This document shows, piece after piece, positions 40,396 to 48,968 of a stretch of 64,000 nt of DNA. A program made the position numbers and the translations under genes. Under the pieces are notes generated by a model. That model was given only the letters and a program-made list of their open reading frames with translations. It was not told the DNA's origin and ran no database searches. How positions within the stretch are numbered: the first letter of the stretch is position 1; each line of letters begins with the position of its first letter. The DNA is taken from positions 7,518 to 71,517 of the IMG/VR virus record IMGVR_UViG_3300042301_003774. One strand, written 5' to 3'. The DNA is from a virus.

Positions 40396-40740
40396 TTACT
40401 TAATTATTAATGTTGTTTTATTTAGTTCTTTTTTATCAATATCTTCTAGTAATAAATATAAATACTTGCCCGAAATACTTTTGGTATAAATTTTCTTAAC
40501 ATTTTCACCATTTTGGCCCGTAAATCTTTCTCGGCTAATGACTTGCCCGGTTGTTTTATCTATTAATGTCAATGTATATATCCCGGCAACCGGTAAATTA
40601 AAATATATCGATTGGCCATTAATCACAGTACTTTCATTAATGGCAAATATGTCATCCTTTGCTATAACGTCAGGTAACGGTAATTCTGGTTTTGTACACC
40701 CAACCAATAAAATAAATGATATTAATAATAATTTTTTCAT
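40396..40740 (-). CDS. lipoprotein with Ig-like domain
   Basis: LVGC lipobox; resembles its neighbour. Confidence 0.55.
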   Translation of the reverse strand: MKKLLLISFILLVGCTKPELPLPDVIAKDDIFAINESTVINGQSIYFNLPVAGIYTLTLIDKTTGQVISRERFTGQNGENVKKIYTKSISGKYLYLLLEDIDKKELNKTTLIIK

Positions 40741-41633
40741 TAGAATTTAAAGTTTGTTCCTATCATAAATAGGATTGGATTTGCCTTTTTATATCCTACG
40801 GATTCTGATAACTTATCCCAAGTTGTGTTGTATCTAAGATTAGTATTCAATACAAATCTTTTAGTTATTTTCCAGTTCATAGATAGCCCATAATACAAGT
40901 CCAAATTGAAGTCATCTACATATGCCAAATCTGATTCGGTGCCATCTTTAAATACTTTGTATATATCGCTCATAGCAAATACCTGTGGCGAAATGTCTAC
41001 CCTCTTTGTTTTTAGTGTGTACGTATACATCACCATACCTCTATAAGTAAGTTCGGATGATGCTGGCATTTGTGGATATATTAAATCTAAAAAATCTCCA
41101 TTCACATCCACCGTGTACCTTCCTTTCCATTCACCTTGGTATGTTCCCCAAAATGATTTTGATGCTGTTAAACTATAACCAAATGTCCCCCATTTTTCGG
41201 TTCTAAACACATCAATAAATGATAGGTTAATATCTTTTTGAAAGTCAAAGTCCGTAGAATAAAATGTTTGTATTGTGGTAGTTCTTTTTTCTGTGTTTCT
41301 ACTTAGGCCATAACCAACACCATAATAGTCCCATATAGGATTTATAGATGCTGCAAATGAGTGTCCCCATTGCCCGTTTTTTGATGATTTCTGATACCCT
41401 AAATTAAGTGTTGTGGAAACCTGCCTACCAATTATACCAACCGAAAGGTTTGATGATGATAAGACATCCTTTGAAAAATTAACATAGGATTGTAATATAC
41501 CCACATCATTCCAATCATCACTTTCCCCAAATAATTCTTTTGCGGATAGTTGCAACGTGTCGGGTTTTTGTATCTGTGCATTTGTAACAAATGTTATCGA
41601 AATTAGTGACAGAATTATTAATAGTTTTTTCAT
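40740..41633 (-). CDS. outer-membrane beta-barrel-like protein
   Basis: Signal peptide, alternating beta strands, C-terminal Phe (GTNFKF). Confidence 0.6.
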   Translation of the reverse strand: MKKLLIILSLISITFVTNAQIQKPDTLQLSAKELFGESDDWNDVGILQSYVNFSKDVLSSSNLSVGIIGRQVSTTLNLGYQKSSKNGQWGHSFAASINPIWDYYGVGYGLSRNTEKRTTTIQTFYSTDFDFQKDINLSFIDVFRTEKWGTFGYSLTASKSFWGTYQGEWKGRYTVDVNGDFLDLIYPQMPASSELTYRGMVMYTYTLKTKRVDISPQVFAMSDIYKVFKDGTESDLAYVDDFNLDLYYGLSMNWKITKRFVLNTNLRYNTTWDKLSESVGYKKANPILFMIGTNFKF

Positions 41634-43930
41634 TAGTTAACTTTTACTTTTAATTGACCACCGGCTTTATTTACCGCATCAGTAGCAGATAATGACGTCA
41701 AACCTAATACCCCCTCAATACCAACCTGAGGAATAAATGTTAATTTATATTCTGTTGTTTTGTCTAATAATGTCGATCCGTCTGTAATTAATGAACCTAA
41801 ATTAATATAAGTGCCCCCGTCAACACCAAAATTTGTTGGGTTGCCTTTTGTTTTAAAATCAACTTTTTCAAATTTTAACGCGGTATTGTCATAATTTATT
41901 TGAAATTGTGTTCCAACTAACTCTTGCTGTAATGGATCTATCGATATTGTTATAATGACTTTACCACCAATATTTTCACCCATTAGGTAAGCATTTATTT
42001 GATTTGAAACTGAGTTAGTTGATAAACTCATAGTTCTCATAGAATTACTAGCAACAGAGCTAACAGTTTGTTGTGCCGAATGGGATAAATTCACATCCCC
42101 AATCCAAGTCACGCTAACGTTATAGGTATTATTAAGTGTACCACTATTCAAGTTAAACGGTAATAAACTTCTTGTTGAATTTAATTGTGTTTTCCAATTA
42201 GATTTAGTGACCGCATCGTAATCCGATTTATTATAAAGTTTCATCAAATAGGTTAACGCGGAATATTGTGTTAGTGTTGTTACCCCTGTTAAATGTTGTA
42301 ACAATTTATATGTATCAGATTCGTTAAACACACCATTACCGTCCACATCTGCATTCATAAACTGAATACCATTTGTAAATTCATTCCCGCTTTGATCGCC
42401 AAATATGCCACCATTTGATAATTCCTTAAATGCTATAAACACATCTGAAACAGTTACAATGCTATTATACAACGTGTTTAAATCCGTTTGATTTGTGTAT
42501 GATAAATCAATTCCATGTTGTTTAAAAGATTGAATTAGTGTAAATGCAAATTCAGCTCTTAAACCGTAAAATCCGTTTCCGGCCCTAATAAACGAAGCAA
42601 ATGACGAACCAGAAAAATTAAATTGAGTTGATGTGTAAACATAAACTTCAGTCCATCCATTTGGATCATATGAATTAAATGTTACAGGGCCATTCCATAA
42701 ATCAAATAACTGTAAACTAGTGATTGTAGATGGTGTTGAAACTACCCCATTAACCTCTCTACTATCAATACCAATTCTATACCTTTGGTTAATTGCGTCA
42801 TAATCATATATCACACACCATTCTACATCCCCAGTGGTTGTTGTTGCTCTAGTACCGCCATTATTAACTTTTACAGCATCCAAATCGTTTGTAATATCAA
42901 CTTTACCCAATCCACTTATTGCTCTAGACGTATTTGTTGTTGTACCCCATGTATTATTTACAAATGTGTTTGCTTTTGCTGAAAATTTAGTCTCATCAAC
43001 ATTAGGTCCAAAATCAAAATTGAATCTTGCAGTTAAAACATCTCCGTTTGTGTGTGTTACCGAATTTGTGTAAAATTCAGTAAATGTTGCATCATCGGGA
43101 TTAGTCCAAGTTCCATATTCAATTATATAGGGATTATTCCAATTGTTTGATAAATCATTCCACGTTGATTGACCATTCCAATTTGTTACCGCATAATTCT
43201 CACTACCATTATTACCATTTGGTTCACCAGGTGCCCAGTTGTTATACACACCTGGAATATTACCCGCCGTTTGTCCGTTTGAGGTTTTCATTACCGTCCC
43301 CTTTTCAGGTCCAGCATCTATTACCCAAGTTCCATCTCTAACCTCATCGGTTGCCGCAAACCATATATTAGCTTGTGGTACATTAGCAAATATAAAAGCA
43401 TTTTCCGATGCCGATGTTATTGTTACTAAATACCCTGTCTGTCCTTTGAATGTTGTTAATAACGATGCGGCTCTTGCTCCAGTGTATGTTGTACCTGTTG
43501 ATATTGGTCTATAAAAGTGTCCATTTACACCATTGTAGAAAAATCCAACAGGATTAACAGTTGCTGCTACCGATATTTGAACATTACCGACTACCGAGCC
43601 TGTGGTTATTTTTAAAGATGCTAATGCATTATTGATATTAGCCATTGTACCTGTTACCACTAAACGAGTTTTATTACCTGTTAAAGTAAATCCACTTGCT
43701 GCGGTTAAACCCGTTGTTGTATTAAGATAGAACGTAGTATTTGTTGGTGGATTAACTAAACTGATTGACGCTAATAAAGTTGATGTTGAGCTAAATCCAC
43801 TCAATACAAACCCACTTGCATCTTGTCCGTTTGTGGAGGGTATAAATGACTTAGAGTCCGGAGCAGATACACTCTGTCCGAACCCTAAAAATGAGATTAG
43901 TAAAAAACATATTACTAATAATTTCTTCAT
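41633..43930 (-). CDS. secreted protein with C-type lectin, dockerin-like and cohesin-like domains
   Basis: GYLVTITSASEN..WAPGEPN...ENY...WNDL (C-type lectin); ADVDGNGVFNESD (dockerin-like); GTQFQINYDNTALKF (cohesin-like). Confidence 0.65.
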   Translation of the reverse strand: MKKLLVICFLLISFLGFGQSVSAPDSKSFIPSTNGQDASGFVLSGFSSTSTLLASISLVNPPTNTTFYLNTTTGLTAASGFTLTGNKTRLVVTGTMANINNALASLKITTGSVVGNVQISVAATVNPVGFFYNGVNGHFYRPISTGTTYTGARAASLLTTFKGQTGYLVTITSASENAFIFANVPQANIWFAATDEVRDGTWVIDAGPEKGTVMKTSNGQTAGNIPGVYNNWAPGEPNGNNGSENYAVTNWNGQSTWNDLSNNWNNPYIIEYGTWTNPDDATFTEFYTNSVTHTNGDVLTARFNFDFGPNVDETKFSAKANTFVNNTWGTTTNTSRAISGLGKVDITNDLDAVKVNNGGTRATTTTGDVEWCVIYDYDAINQRYRIGIDSREVNGVVSTPSTITSLQLFDLWNGPVTFNSYDPNGWTEVYVYTSTQFNFSGSSFASFIRAGNGFYGLRAEFAFTLIQSFKQHGIDLSYTNQTDLNTLYNSIVTVSDVFIAFKELSNGGIFGDQSGNEFTNGIQFMNADVDGNGVFNESDTYKLLQHLTGVTTLTQYSALTYLMKLYNKSDYDAVTKSNWKTQLNSTRSLLPFNLNSGTLNNTYNVSVTWIGDVNLSHSAQQTVSSVASNSMRTMSLSTNSVSNQINAYLMGENIGGKVIITISIDPLQQELVGTQFQINYDNTALKFEKVDFKTKGNPTNFGVDGGTYINLGSLITDGSTLLDKTTEYKLTFIPQVGIEGVLGLTSLSATDAVNKAGGQLKVKVN

Positions 43931-43931
43931 A

Positions 43932-45572
43932 TTATTCTATTACTAAGTTTATTTTCTTACCACTAGCATCAACAGCATCGGATAAAACAAAATAGAATAA
44001 ACCTGCAGTATTTGTAAGTGCCACCTTAGGTGTGAATATTAATTTATATGGTGTCCCAGTTTTAATTCTAGATGTTTTTAATTGATCCATAGAGCCAAAT
44101 GTTAATCTACCATCTTTATGTGTAGAAAAATTGGTTATAGTTGAACCGCTATCAAAAACAACGTTATCTAATTGTAATTTAGATTCATCATACTCCATAA
44201 TAACTTCTAAACCAGCTAATCCTTCTTTTGTTAGGTTTGTTGTTAATACAACCTTACCATTTTCCAAAGCGGAAACAACCGATAATTTCGCGGTCTCTAA
44301 TGCTGCTGGAACATAAGACATCACCTGCGTTGACATTGATGTTTTATTGTTTATCGAATTTGTATATAATCCACTACTAATTCTTGTAGCAATTACTGAT
44401 GGATCAGATGAATGTGACCAGTTTAAATCACCACCCCAAGCAAAAACAGCATGAACTTCTTTTACTGGTGAATCGATAATAACTTTATTTTTAACAACAC
44501 CGTCTAACCAGCTTTGATTTAATAAACCACTATACCATCTTACCGATGTTGAAGTCGATGTAGGTATCATAGCTGGACTATCAACATTAATACCCATTAC
44601 ATGCGCGAATAGATAGTAAGAATCCGATTCACTAAATTCAGTTTTGTTTTTTGTAATTAAACCAACTTTCTTTTCTAAATTTGGATAAGTAAAGAAGTTT
44701 GCGGTACCACCAATATCAGTTTGTGAATGACCTAGGAAAGCTTTATATGCGTCAGATACTGTAACAATATTATTCATCCATGATTTTTGCATTGCTGGCC
44801 CAACAAACACACCAACTGAGTCGCCCACTTTAACTTGCGTTGTAAAAAGAGCCTCCCCACTAGCGTCTAATGGTAATTGTGCAATAGGTTGTTTTGACCA
44901 ATCAATATCACCACTACCATCTGTTTTTAATTTCATTAATTGAACATTGTGGTCAGAAATACCGTAACCTTGTGGGAATAATACTTTTACTTTAAATTGC
45001 GAGGTATTACCACTAACGCCAGTTAATGATAAATTAGTTGCGTTGCGAGTTATTGGTGAAATGTTTGCCGAAGCGTCATTAATAGCGTATGCTAAATCTA
45101 ATTTATGAATATCATTATATTGATTTTGGTCTTTAATCACATATTTTTGTGTTGCAATATCACCATTAATTGCGGCATCAGTCCTTTGGATTGTTATTTG
45201 TCCAACATTCCAATCATTATTTGCGGTATAAGCCCATGGTGTTGCAAGATATTGCGCGTACAAACTGGTTGCAGCAATATTTGCTGCTGGGGTGAATATA
45301 AAGTTATTCCAACCAGTGAAAAATGTCTGAGTAGAACTACCTTGTGAAAACACAGTACTATTTGATACCATTGTTAACGCTTTATTGTTAAATGAATATC
45401 TTAACCAGAAATAACGAGGTAATGTGACCCCCCTATCAACAGTATATTTTACGGTTAACGTATCACCAACCATATATGGTCCACCTGGGGTTACCGTTTG
45501 ATTAACGGTTAATTGACTGAATGATGGTAGAGATATTAAAAATACCCCAATAAATAAAATTAAATTTTTCAT
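43932..45572 (-). CDS. secreted protein with cohesin-like C-terminus, paralog of neighbour
   Basis: Signal peptide; shares IVTVSD..AF, GD.N.SHS and DAV...G..L motifs with 41633..43930. Confidence 0.6.
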   Translation of the reverse strand: MKNLILFIGVFLISLPSFSQLTVNQTVTPGGPYMVGDTLTVKYTVDRGVTLPRYFWLRYSFNNKALTMVSNSTVFSQGSSTQTFFTGWNNFIFTPAANIAATSLYAQYLATPWAYTANNDWNVGQITIQRTDAAINGDIATQKYVIKDQNQYNDIHKLDLAYAINDASANISPITRNATNLSLTGVSGNTSQFKVKVLFPQGYGISDHNVQLMKLKTDGSGDIDWSKQPIAQLPLDASGEALFTTQVKVGDSVGVFVGPAMQKSWMNNIVTVSDAYKAFLGHSQTDIGGTANFFTYPNLEKKVGLITKNKTEFSESDSYYLFAHVMGINVDSPAMIPTSTSTSVRWYSGLLNQSWLDGVVKNKVIIDSPVKEVHAVFAWGGDLNWSHSSDPSVIATRISSGLYTNSINNKTSMSTQVMSYVPAALETAKLSVVSALENGKVVLTTNLTKEGLAGLEVIMEYDESKLQLDNVVFDSGSTITNFSTHKDGRLTFGSMDQLKTSRIKTGTPYKLIFTPKVALTNTAGLFYFVLSDAVDASGKKINLVIE

Positions 45573-45573
45573 A

Positions 45574-46116
45574 TTATTTTTTATTAAAAAATGCTTTATT
45601 AATTAAAGACTCGCAGGTCTTCTTTATTGCTGACGATAGTGCTTGTTGATTTACTTTATCACTACCTTCGTCTGTTATTAATGTCGATGTTGAAATCTCT
45701 GAGCTAGATTCTTCGGCAACAACTTCCTTAAGTTTTTTACCAGACTTATCACTCAACTTACCCCTCATTACCACCAACGTTTCTTCAACATCAGAATGGA
45801 ATACGGAGATATTTCGTTTAGTTTTATTTACATCAAAGTATAGTATTTCCGCACTAAAGATTAAATCAGCTGATTTTGCGTCTTCAACAATTATAAAATC
45901 TTTATCTTGTAATATTTCCTGGAAAATGTTTTTAGCACCAAAAGCTAAACTTCTATTATTAGTTAGTTTACCAATTTTGATGTTATTTTCTACCCCAGAA
46001 ATGTATACCGCCTTTGTTTCCTGTAAAGGATCTACGATGTAAGAATACATCCCAAAAAACCCTAATACCACAAAAATGGGTATCAGAGACACATTTAGTC
46101 TATTATTATTTGCCAT
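45574..46116 (-). CDS. membrane-anchored CsgG/LptE-like protein
   Basis: N-terminal TM; LAFGAKNI.QEIL and NQQALSSAIKK parallel to 37007..37726. Confidence 0.45.
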   Translation of the reverse strand: MANNNRLNVSLIPIFVVLGFFGMYSYIVDPLQETKAVYISGVENNIKIGKLTNNRSLAFGAKNIFQEILQDKDFIIVEDAKSADLIFSAEILYFDVNKTKRNISVFHSDVEETLVVMRGKLSDKSGKKLKEVVAEESSSEISTSTLITDEGSDKVNQQALSSAIKKTCESLINKAFFNKK

Positions 46117-46241
46117 AACAATAAATATCGTCAAGGCAATTTGAAGGCCAATATTTACTAAAATATAAGGTAAATCATTAATTTATTAAAAAAAAATAAT
46201 TTTATTTTTTAAGTTTTCTTGATTATATACATATTTATTGG

Positions 46242-46249
46242 TATCTTTG
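46242..46249 (+). promoter_or_regulatory. Bacteroidota-type -7 promoter element for leader 1 / tRNA array 1
   Basis: TATCTTTG = TAnnTTTG consensus. Confidence 0.6.
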
Positions 46250-46277
46250 TAAAAGAAAAAAGATAAAACTAAATTCA

Positions 46278-46376
46278 ATGAGACAATTTACACATACAAT
46301 GTCGTTTACAATCTGTTCAAAATGGGCGGATGAGCGCGCTATGCATAATAGTCTCGGAGATGTTGTATTAAGTTAA
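46278..46376 (+). CDS. attenuator leader peptide 1 (32 aa)
   Basis: MRQFTHTMSFTICSKWADERAMHNSLGDVVLS; codons match array-1 tRNAs; 3' part overlaps an antiterminator strand. Confidence 0.75.
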   Translation: MRQFTHTMSFTICSKWADERAMHNSLGDVVLS

Positions 46377-46400
46377 AAGTAGATTTTAACTAAAAATATT

Positions 46401-46438
46401 AAAACCCTGAGACTTAAAAATCTCGGGGTTTTTTGTTT
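46401..46438 (+). terminator. conditional intrinsic terminator before tRNA array 1
   Basis: AAAACCCTGAGA/TCTCGGGGTTTT stem plus U-tract; 5' arm CTGAGACT can instead pair with AGTCTCGG (46350-46357). Confidence 0.8.
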
Positions 46439-46440
46439 AT

Positions 46441-46510
46441 GGGCCGGATGTCAATGGCAGACCACCTGATTTGCAATCAGAGTGAATGGGTTCGATTCCC
46501 AACGTGTCCA
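46441..46510 (+). tRNA. tRNA-Ala(TGC), imperfect acceptor stem
   Basis: Loop TTTGCAA, G3:U70, T-loop TTCGATT. Confidence 0.7.
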
Positions 46511-46516
46511 CAGAAT

Positions 46517-46590
46517 TGGAATATAGCTCAGTTGGTTAGAGCGTCATCCTGATACGGTGAATGTCGATGGTTCGAGTCCATCTATTCCAA
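46517..46590 (+). tRNA. tRNA-Ile(GAT)
   Basis: Cloverleaf, loop CTGATAC. Confidence 0.9.
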
Positions 46591-46595
46591 CATAA

Positions 46596-46668
46596 GGAAT
46601 TTTTGTATAGCTGGTGCGTACGTCGGACTGAAAATCCGAAGGAACAAGTTCGATTCTTGTAGATTCCA
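46596..46668 (+). tRNA. tRNA-Phe(GAA)
   Basis: Cloverleaf, loop CTGAAAA. Confidence 0.88.
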
Positions 46669-46674
46669 CATAAT

Positions 46675-46748
46675 GATCTCGTAGCTCAGCTGGATAGAGC
46701 ACCTCACTTTTAATGAGGGAGTCAATGGTTCGAGTCCATTCGGGATCA
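46675..46748 (+). tRNA. tRNA-Lys(TTT)
   Basis: Cloverleaf, loop CTTTTAA. Confidence 0.92.
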
Positions 46749-46754
46749 CAACAC

Positions 46755-46825
46755 ACGGGTATGGTGCAACGGTAGCATACGGGTCTCCAAAACCTTTGAT
46801 GGAAGTTCGAATCTTTCTATCCGTG
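46755..46825 (+). tRNA. tRNA-Trp(CCA)
   Basis: Cloverleaf, loop CTCCAAA. Confidence 0.88.
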
Positions 46826-46846
46826 CAAAATTTTAAAAATAAAAAA

Positions 46847-47272
46847 ATGGAAAATAATGAATTAGGGTATAAGTTAAAAATAGATGCTCAACTTATACAA
46901 GTCCGAGAGGAAAGAAAAAAAAGGATAAAAGAATATTGGGAAAATTTACCCAAAATCAATACGCCTGTGGATGTACCTGAATTACCTCAAGTAGATATTC
47001 AAGAATGGAAAGAGTATTATGTCCCAAAACTAATTGAAGCTGGTGCTATTCCTAAAAAAGATTTGGTTGTTGGTCAAATTTATATTGGTGAACATAGGAG
47101 AGCTAGGGTTGCTAAATGGAATGGAGAACAATTTGTTTATAACAGGGAAAAATTTGGAAATGTCTTTGAAGATAAATGCAACCATTTTGAAGATGATGAT
47201 GGGTTCGCATTATTTGTTCCAATAAGAATTGGCACCGAAGAAGAGTTTAATAAAAATGGTCTCATAGTTTAA
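46847..47272 (+). CDS. hypothetical protein inside tRNA array 1
   Basis: 141-aa ORF from ATG 46847; stop lies within tRNA-Arg. Confidence 0.6.
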   Translation: MENNELGYKLKIDAQLIQVREERKKRIKEYWENLPKINTPVDVPELPQVDIQEWKEYYVPKLIEAGAIPKKDLVVGQIYIGEHRRARVAKWNGEQFVYNREKFGNVFEDKCNHFEDDDGFALFVPIRIGTEEEFNKNGLIV

Positions 47273-47328
47273 TGGAAAAACGTCTCGCTACGGACGAGAT
47301 GATTGAGGTTCGAATCCTTGTGAGATCT
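47258..47328 (+). tRNA. tRNA-Arg(ACG)
   Basis: Cloverleaf, loop CTACGGA. Confidence 0.88.
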
Positions 47329-47335
47329 CTTATTA

Positions 47336-47405
47336 GGTCAGTTTGGTCGTGGAGGCCAGTTAGTCTGCAAAACTAACGGAGTTGGTTCGATTCCAACATT
47401 GACCT
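47336..47405 (+). tRNA. tRNA-Cys(GCA)
   Basis: Cloverleaf, loop CTGCAAA, U73. Confidence 0.85.
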
Positions 47406-47407
47406 CT

Positions 47408-47483
47408 GTGTTTATGGTGTTAATGGTTAGCATGACAGATTGTGGTTCTGTTGGTATGGGTTCAAATCCCATTAAACACCCCA
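47408..47483 (+). tRNA. tRNA-His(GTG)
   Basis: Loop TTGTGGT, C73, encoded CCA. Confidence 0.88.
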
Positions 47484-47488
47484 TATAT

Positions 47489-47563
47489 TGCGGGATGCGT
47501 AGAAAATGGTTATCTCATCGGTCTCATAAGCCGAGGTTCTGGGTTCGAGTCCCAGTCCCGCAA
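47489..47563 (+). tRNA. tRNA-Met(CAT)
   Basis: Loop CTCATAA, paired U1-A72, atypical D arm. Confidence 0.75.
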
Positions 47564-47626
47564 CAAAAAATATGTCTGAATAATTTTTTTATTCGATTTA
47601 TTTATTTATTTTTGTTGAAGATATAT

Positions 47627-47698
47627 CGCGAGATAGAGCAGCGGTAGCTCGGAAGGCTCATAACCTTTAGGTCGGGGGTTCGATTCCCTCTCTCGCAA
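47627..47698 (+). tRNA. initiator-type tRNA-fMet(CAT)
   Basis: C1xA72 mismatch, loop CTCATAA. Confidence 0.82.
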
Positions 47699-47700
47699 CA

Positions 47701-47883
47701 ATAGGTGAAGACTGTGGTGGAAGCCCACGGTATATGAGTCCCTAAAAGCTGTCTTGATTCGCGGTATCAAAGCGGTGCGGGTAGAGTAACATATAAGTCG
47801 GGAGTAATTAACCAATTGACGAAAATGTAACCGCCGGTTAGAGATAATCGGTTATGATGTTCAAATGCGAACGAAAAACCTAT
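47701..47883 (+). ncRNA. unknown structured RNA
   Basis: ATAGGT/ACCTAT closing stem, several hairpins, GGAGTAATTAACC motif. Confidence 0.45.
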
Positions 47884-47887
47884 AAAC

Positions 47888-47959
47888 GGTCCTGTAGTTA
47901 ATCGGCTATAACGCCGCCCTGTCACGGCGGTATGCCGGGTTCGATTCCCGGTGGGACCG
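47888..47959 (+). tRNA. tRNA-Asp(GTC)
   Basis: Cloverleaf, loop CTGTCAC, G73. Confidence 0.92.
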
Positions 47960-47960
47960 C

Positions 47961-48174
47961 AATGAGTAAGAGATACTCGGTAGTCTTTCATCCAAGACTC
48001 ATTTAACAATGGATGGGGATAAAAAATTTCCACCTACGGAATTTCGATTTGGAATAATGGTAGCAAGGTTCAGCACCACCAACGTATTGAACTGACTTTT
48101 TAATCGGGGATGCCCAGCAGGTTTTTCAAACAGTAAAAACCGATATAACTACTCACAGACAATCTCGCTGTGGG
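47961..48174 (+). ncRNA. unknown structured RNA with possible pseudoknot
   Basis: Multiple hairpins; loop TCATCC complementary to GGATGG. Confidence 0.4.
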
Positions 48175-48180
48175 ACAATT

Positions 48181-48266
48181 GGAAGGATGGCAGAGTTGGT
48201 CTATCGCGCTGGTCTTGAAAACCAGAGCTCTGAAAGGGGCCGTGGGTTCGAATCCTACTCCTTCCG
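48181..48266 (+). tRNA. tRNA-Ser(TGA)
   Basis: Long variable arm, loop CTTGAAA, G73. Confidence 0.92.
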
Positions 48267-48267
48267 C

Positions 48268-48406
48268 TAATCACAAATAAAAATGTGAGTTATAATAAAA
48301 TAGCCAATTATAAGCCAACATAAAGTTGTTGGGTACAGACGGAGTAATTAACCGGAGTATAACGCAACAATTGTGATATTATAACAAATACCCATTTGAG
48401 TGATTA
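48268..48406 (+). ncRNA. unknown structured RNA
   Basis: TAATCAC/GTGATTA closing stem, second GGAGTAATTAACC motif. Confidence 0.4.
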
Positions 48407-48409
48407 TTT

Positions 48410-48481
48410 GGCCCGTTCGACTATCGGTTAGGTCGTCAGGTTTTCATCCTGGAAAGAGGGGTTCGATTCCCCTACGGGCTA
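48410..48481 (+). tRNA. tRNA-Glu(TTC)
   Basis: Cloverleaf, loop TTTTCAT. Confidence 0.92.
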
Positions 48482-48496
48482 CTAAACATTATTAGT

Positions 48497-48703
48497 ATGA
48501 AGAAGATTGTTTTATTATTAATTGTTGCGATCTCAATGTGTGGTTGTATTGTGATGCCAAGTAGGTTATCAATTCATGAAAAAAGATTATGGATACACCA
48601 AAATCAACCAAGACAATATTACTATAAAACACATCCAAGATTTCAAGAAAGAATAAAAAGAGGTAAAATTTACACACCTTATTTTAGACCTGGTAGATAT
48701 TAA
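48497..48703 (+). CDS. small putative lipoprotein
   Basis: MKKIVLLLIVAISMCGC signal/lipobox. Confidence 0.55.
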   Translation: MKKIVLLLIVAISMCGCIVMPSRLSIHEKRLWIHQNQPRQYYYKTHPRFQERIKRGKIYTPYFRPGRY

Positions 48704-48764
48704 AATAAAAAAATATTTACAATTAAAATAAACTTTTGTAAATTTACGTATACTTATTACAACG

Positions 48765-48875
48765 ATGACGAATATAAATAACATATTAACGCTTAGTACT
48801 AGACCCCTTAACAATGGTAATGGGTATGGTGTGCAACCGTTATATTGCTTATGTTCGGATCTTATAGAGATGTAA
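48765..48875 (+). CDS. attenuator leader peptide 2 (36 aa)
   Basis: MTNINNILTLSTRPLNNGNGYGVQPLYCLCSDLIEM; codons 2-27 all belong to array-2 tRNA codon families. Confidence 0.78.
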   Translation: MTNINNILTLSTRPLNNGNGYGVQPLYCLCSDLIEM

Positions 48876-48897
48876 AAAATTTTTACGATTATAAATG

Positions 48898-48938
48898 AAG
48901 CCCGAACAAATTAAAAAAATGTTCGGGCTTTTTGTTTT
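48898..48938 (+). terminator. conditional intrinsic terminator before tRNA array 2
   Basis: AAGCCCGAACA/TGTTCGGGCTT stem plus U-tract; CCGAACA can instead pair with TGTTCGG (48852-48858). Confidence 0.8.
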
Positions 48939-48968
48939 CTAATATTTTATCTCTATATTTGAAACATA

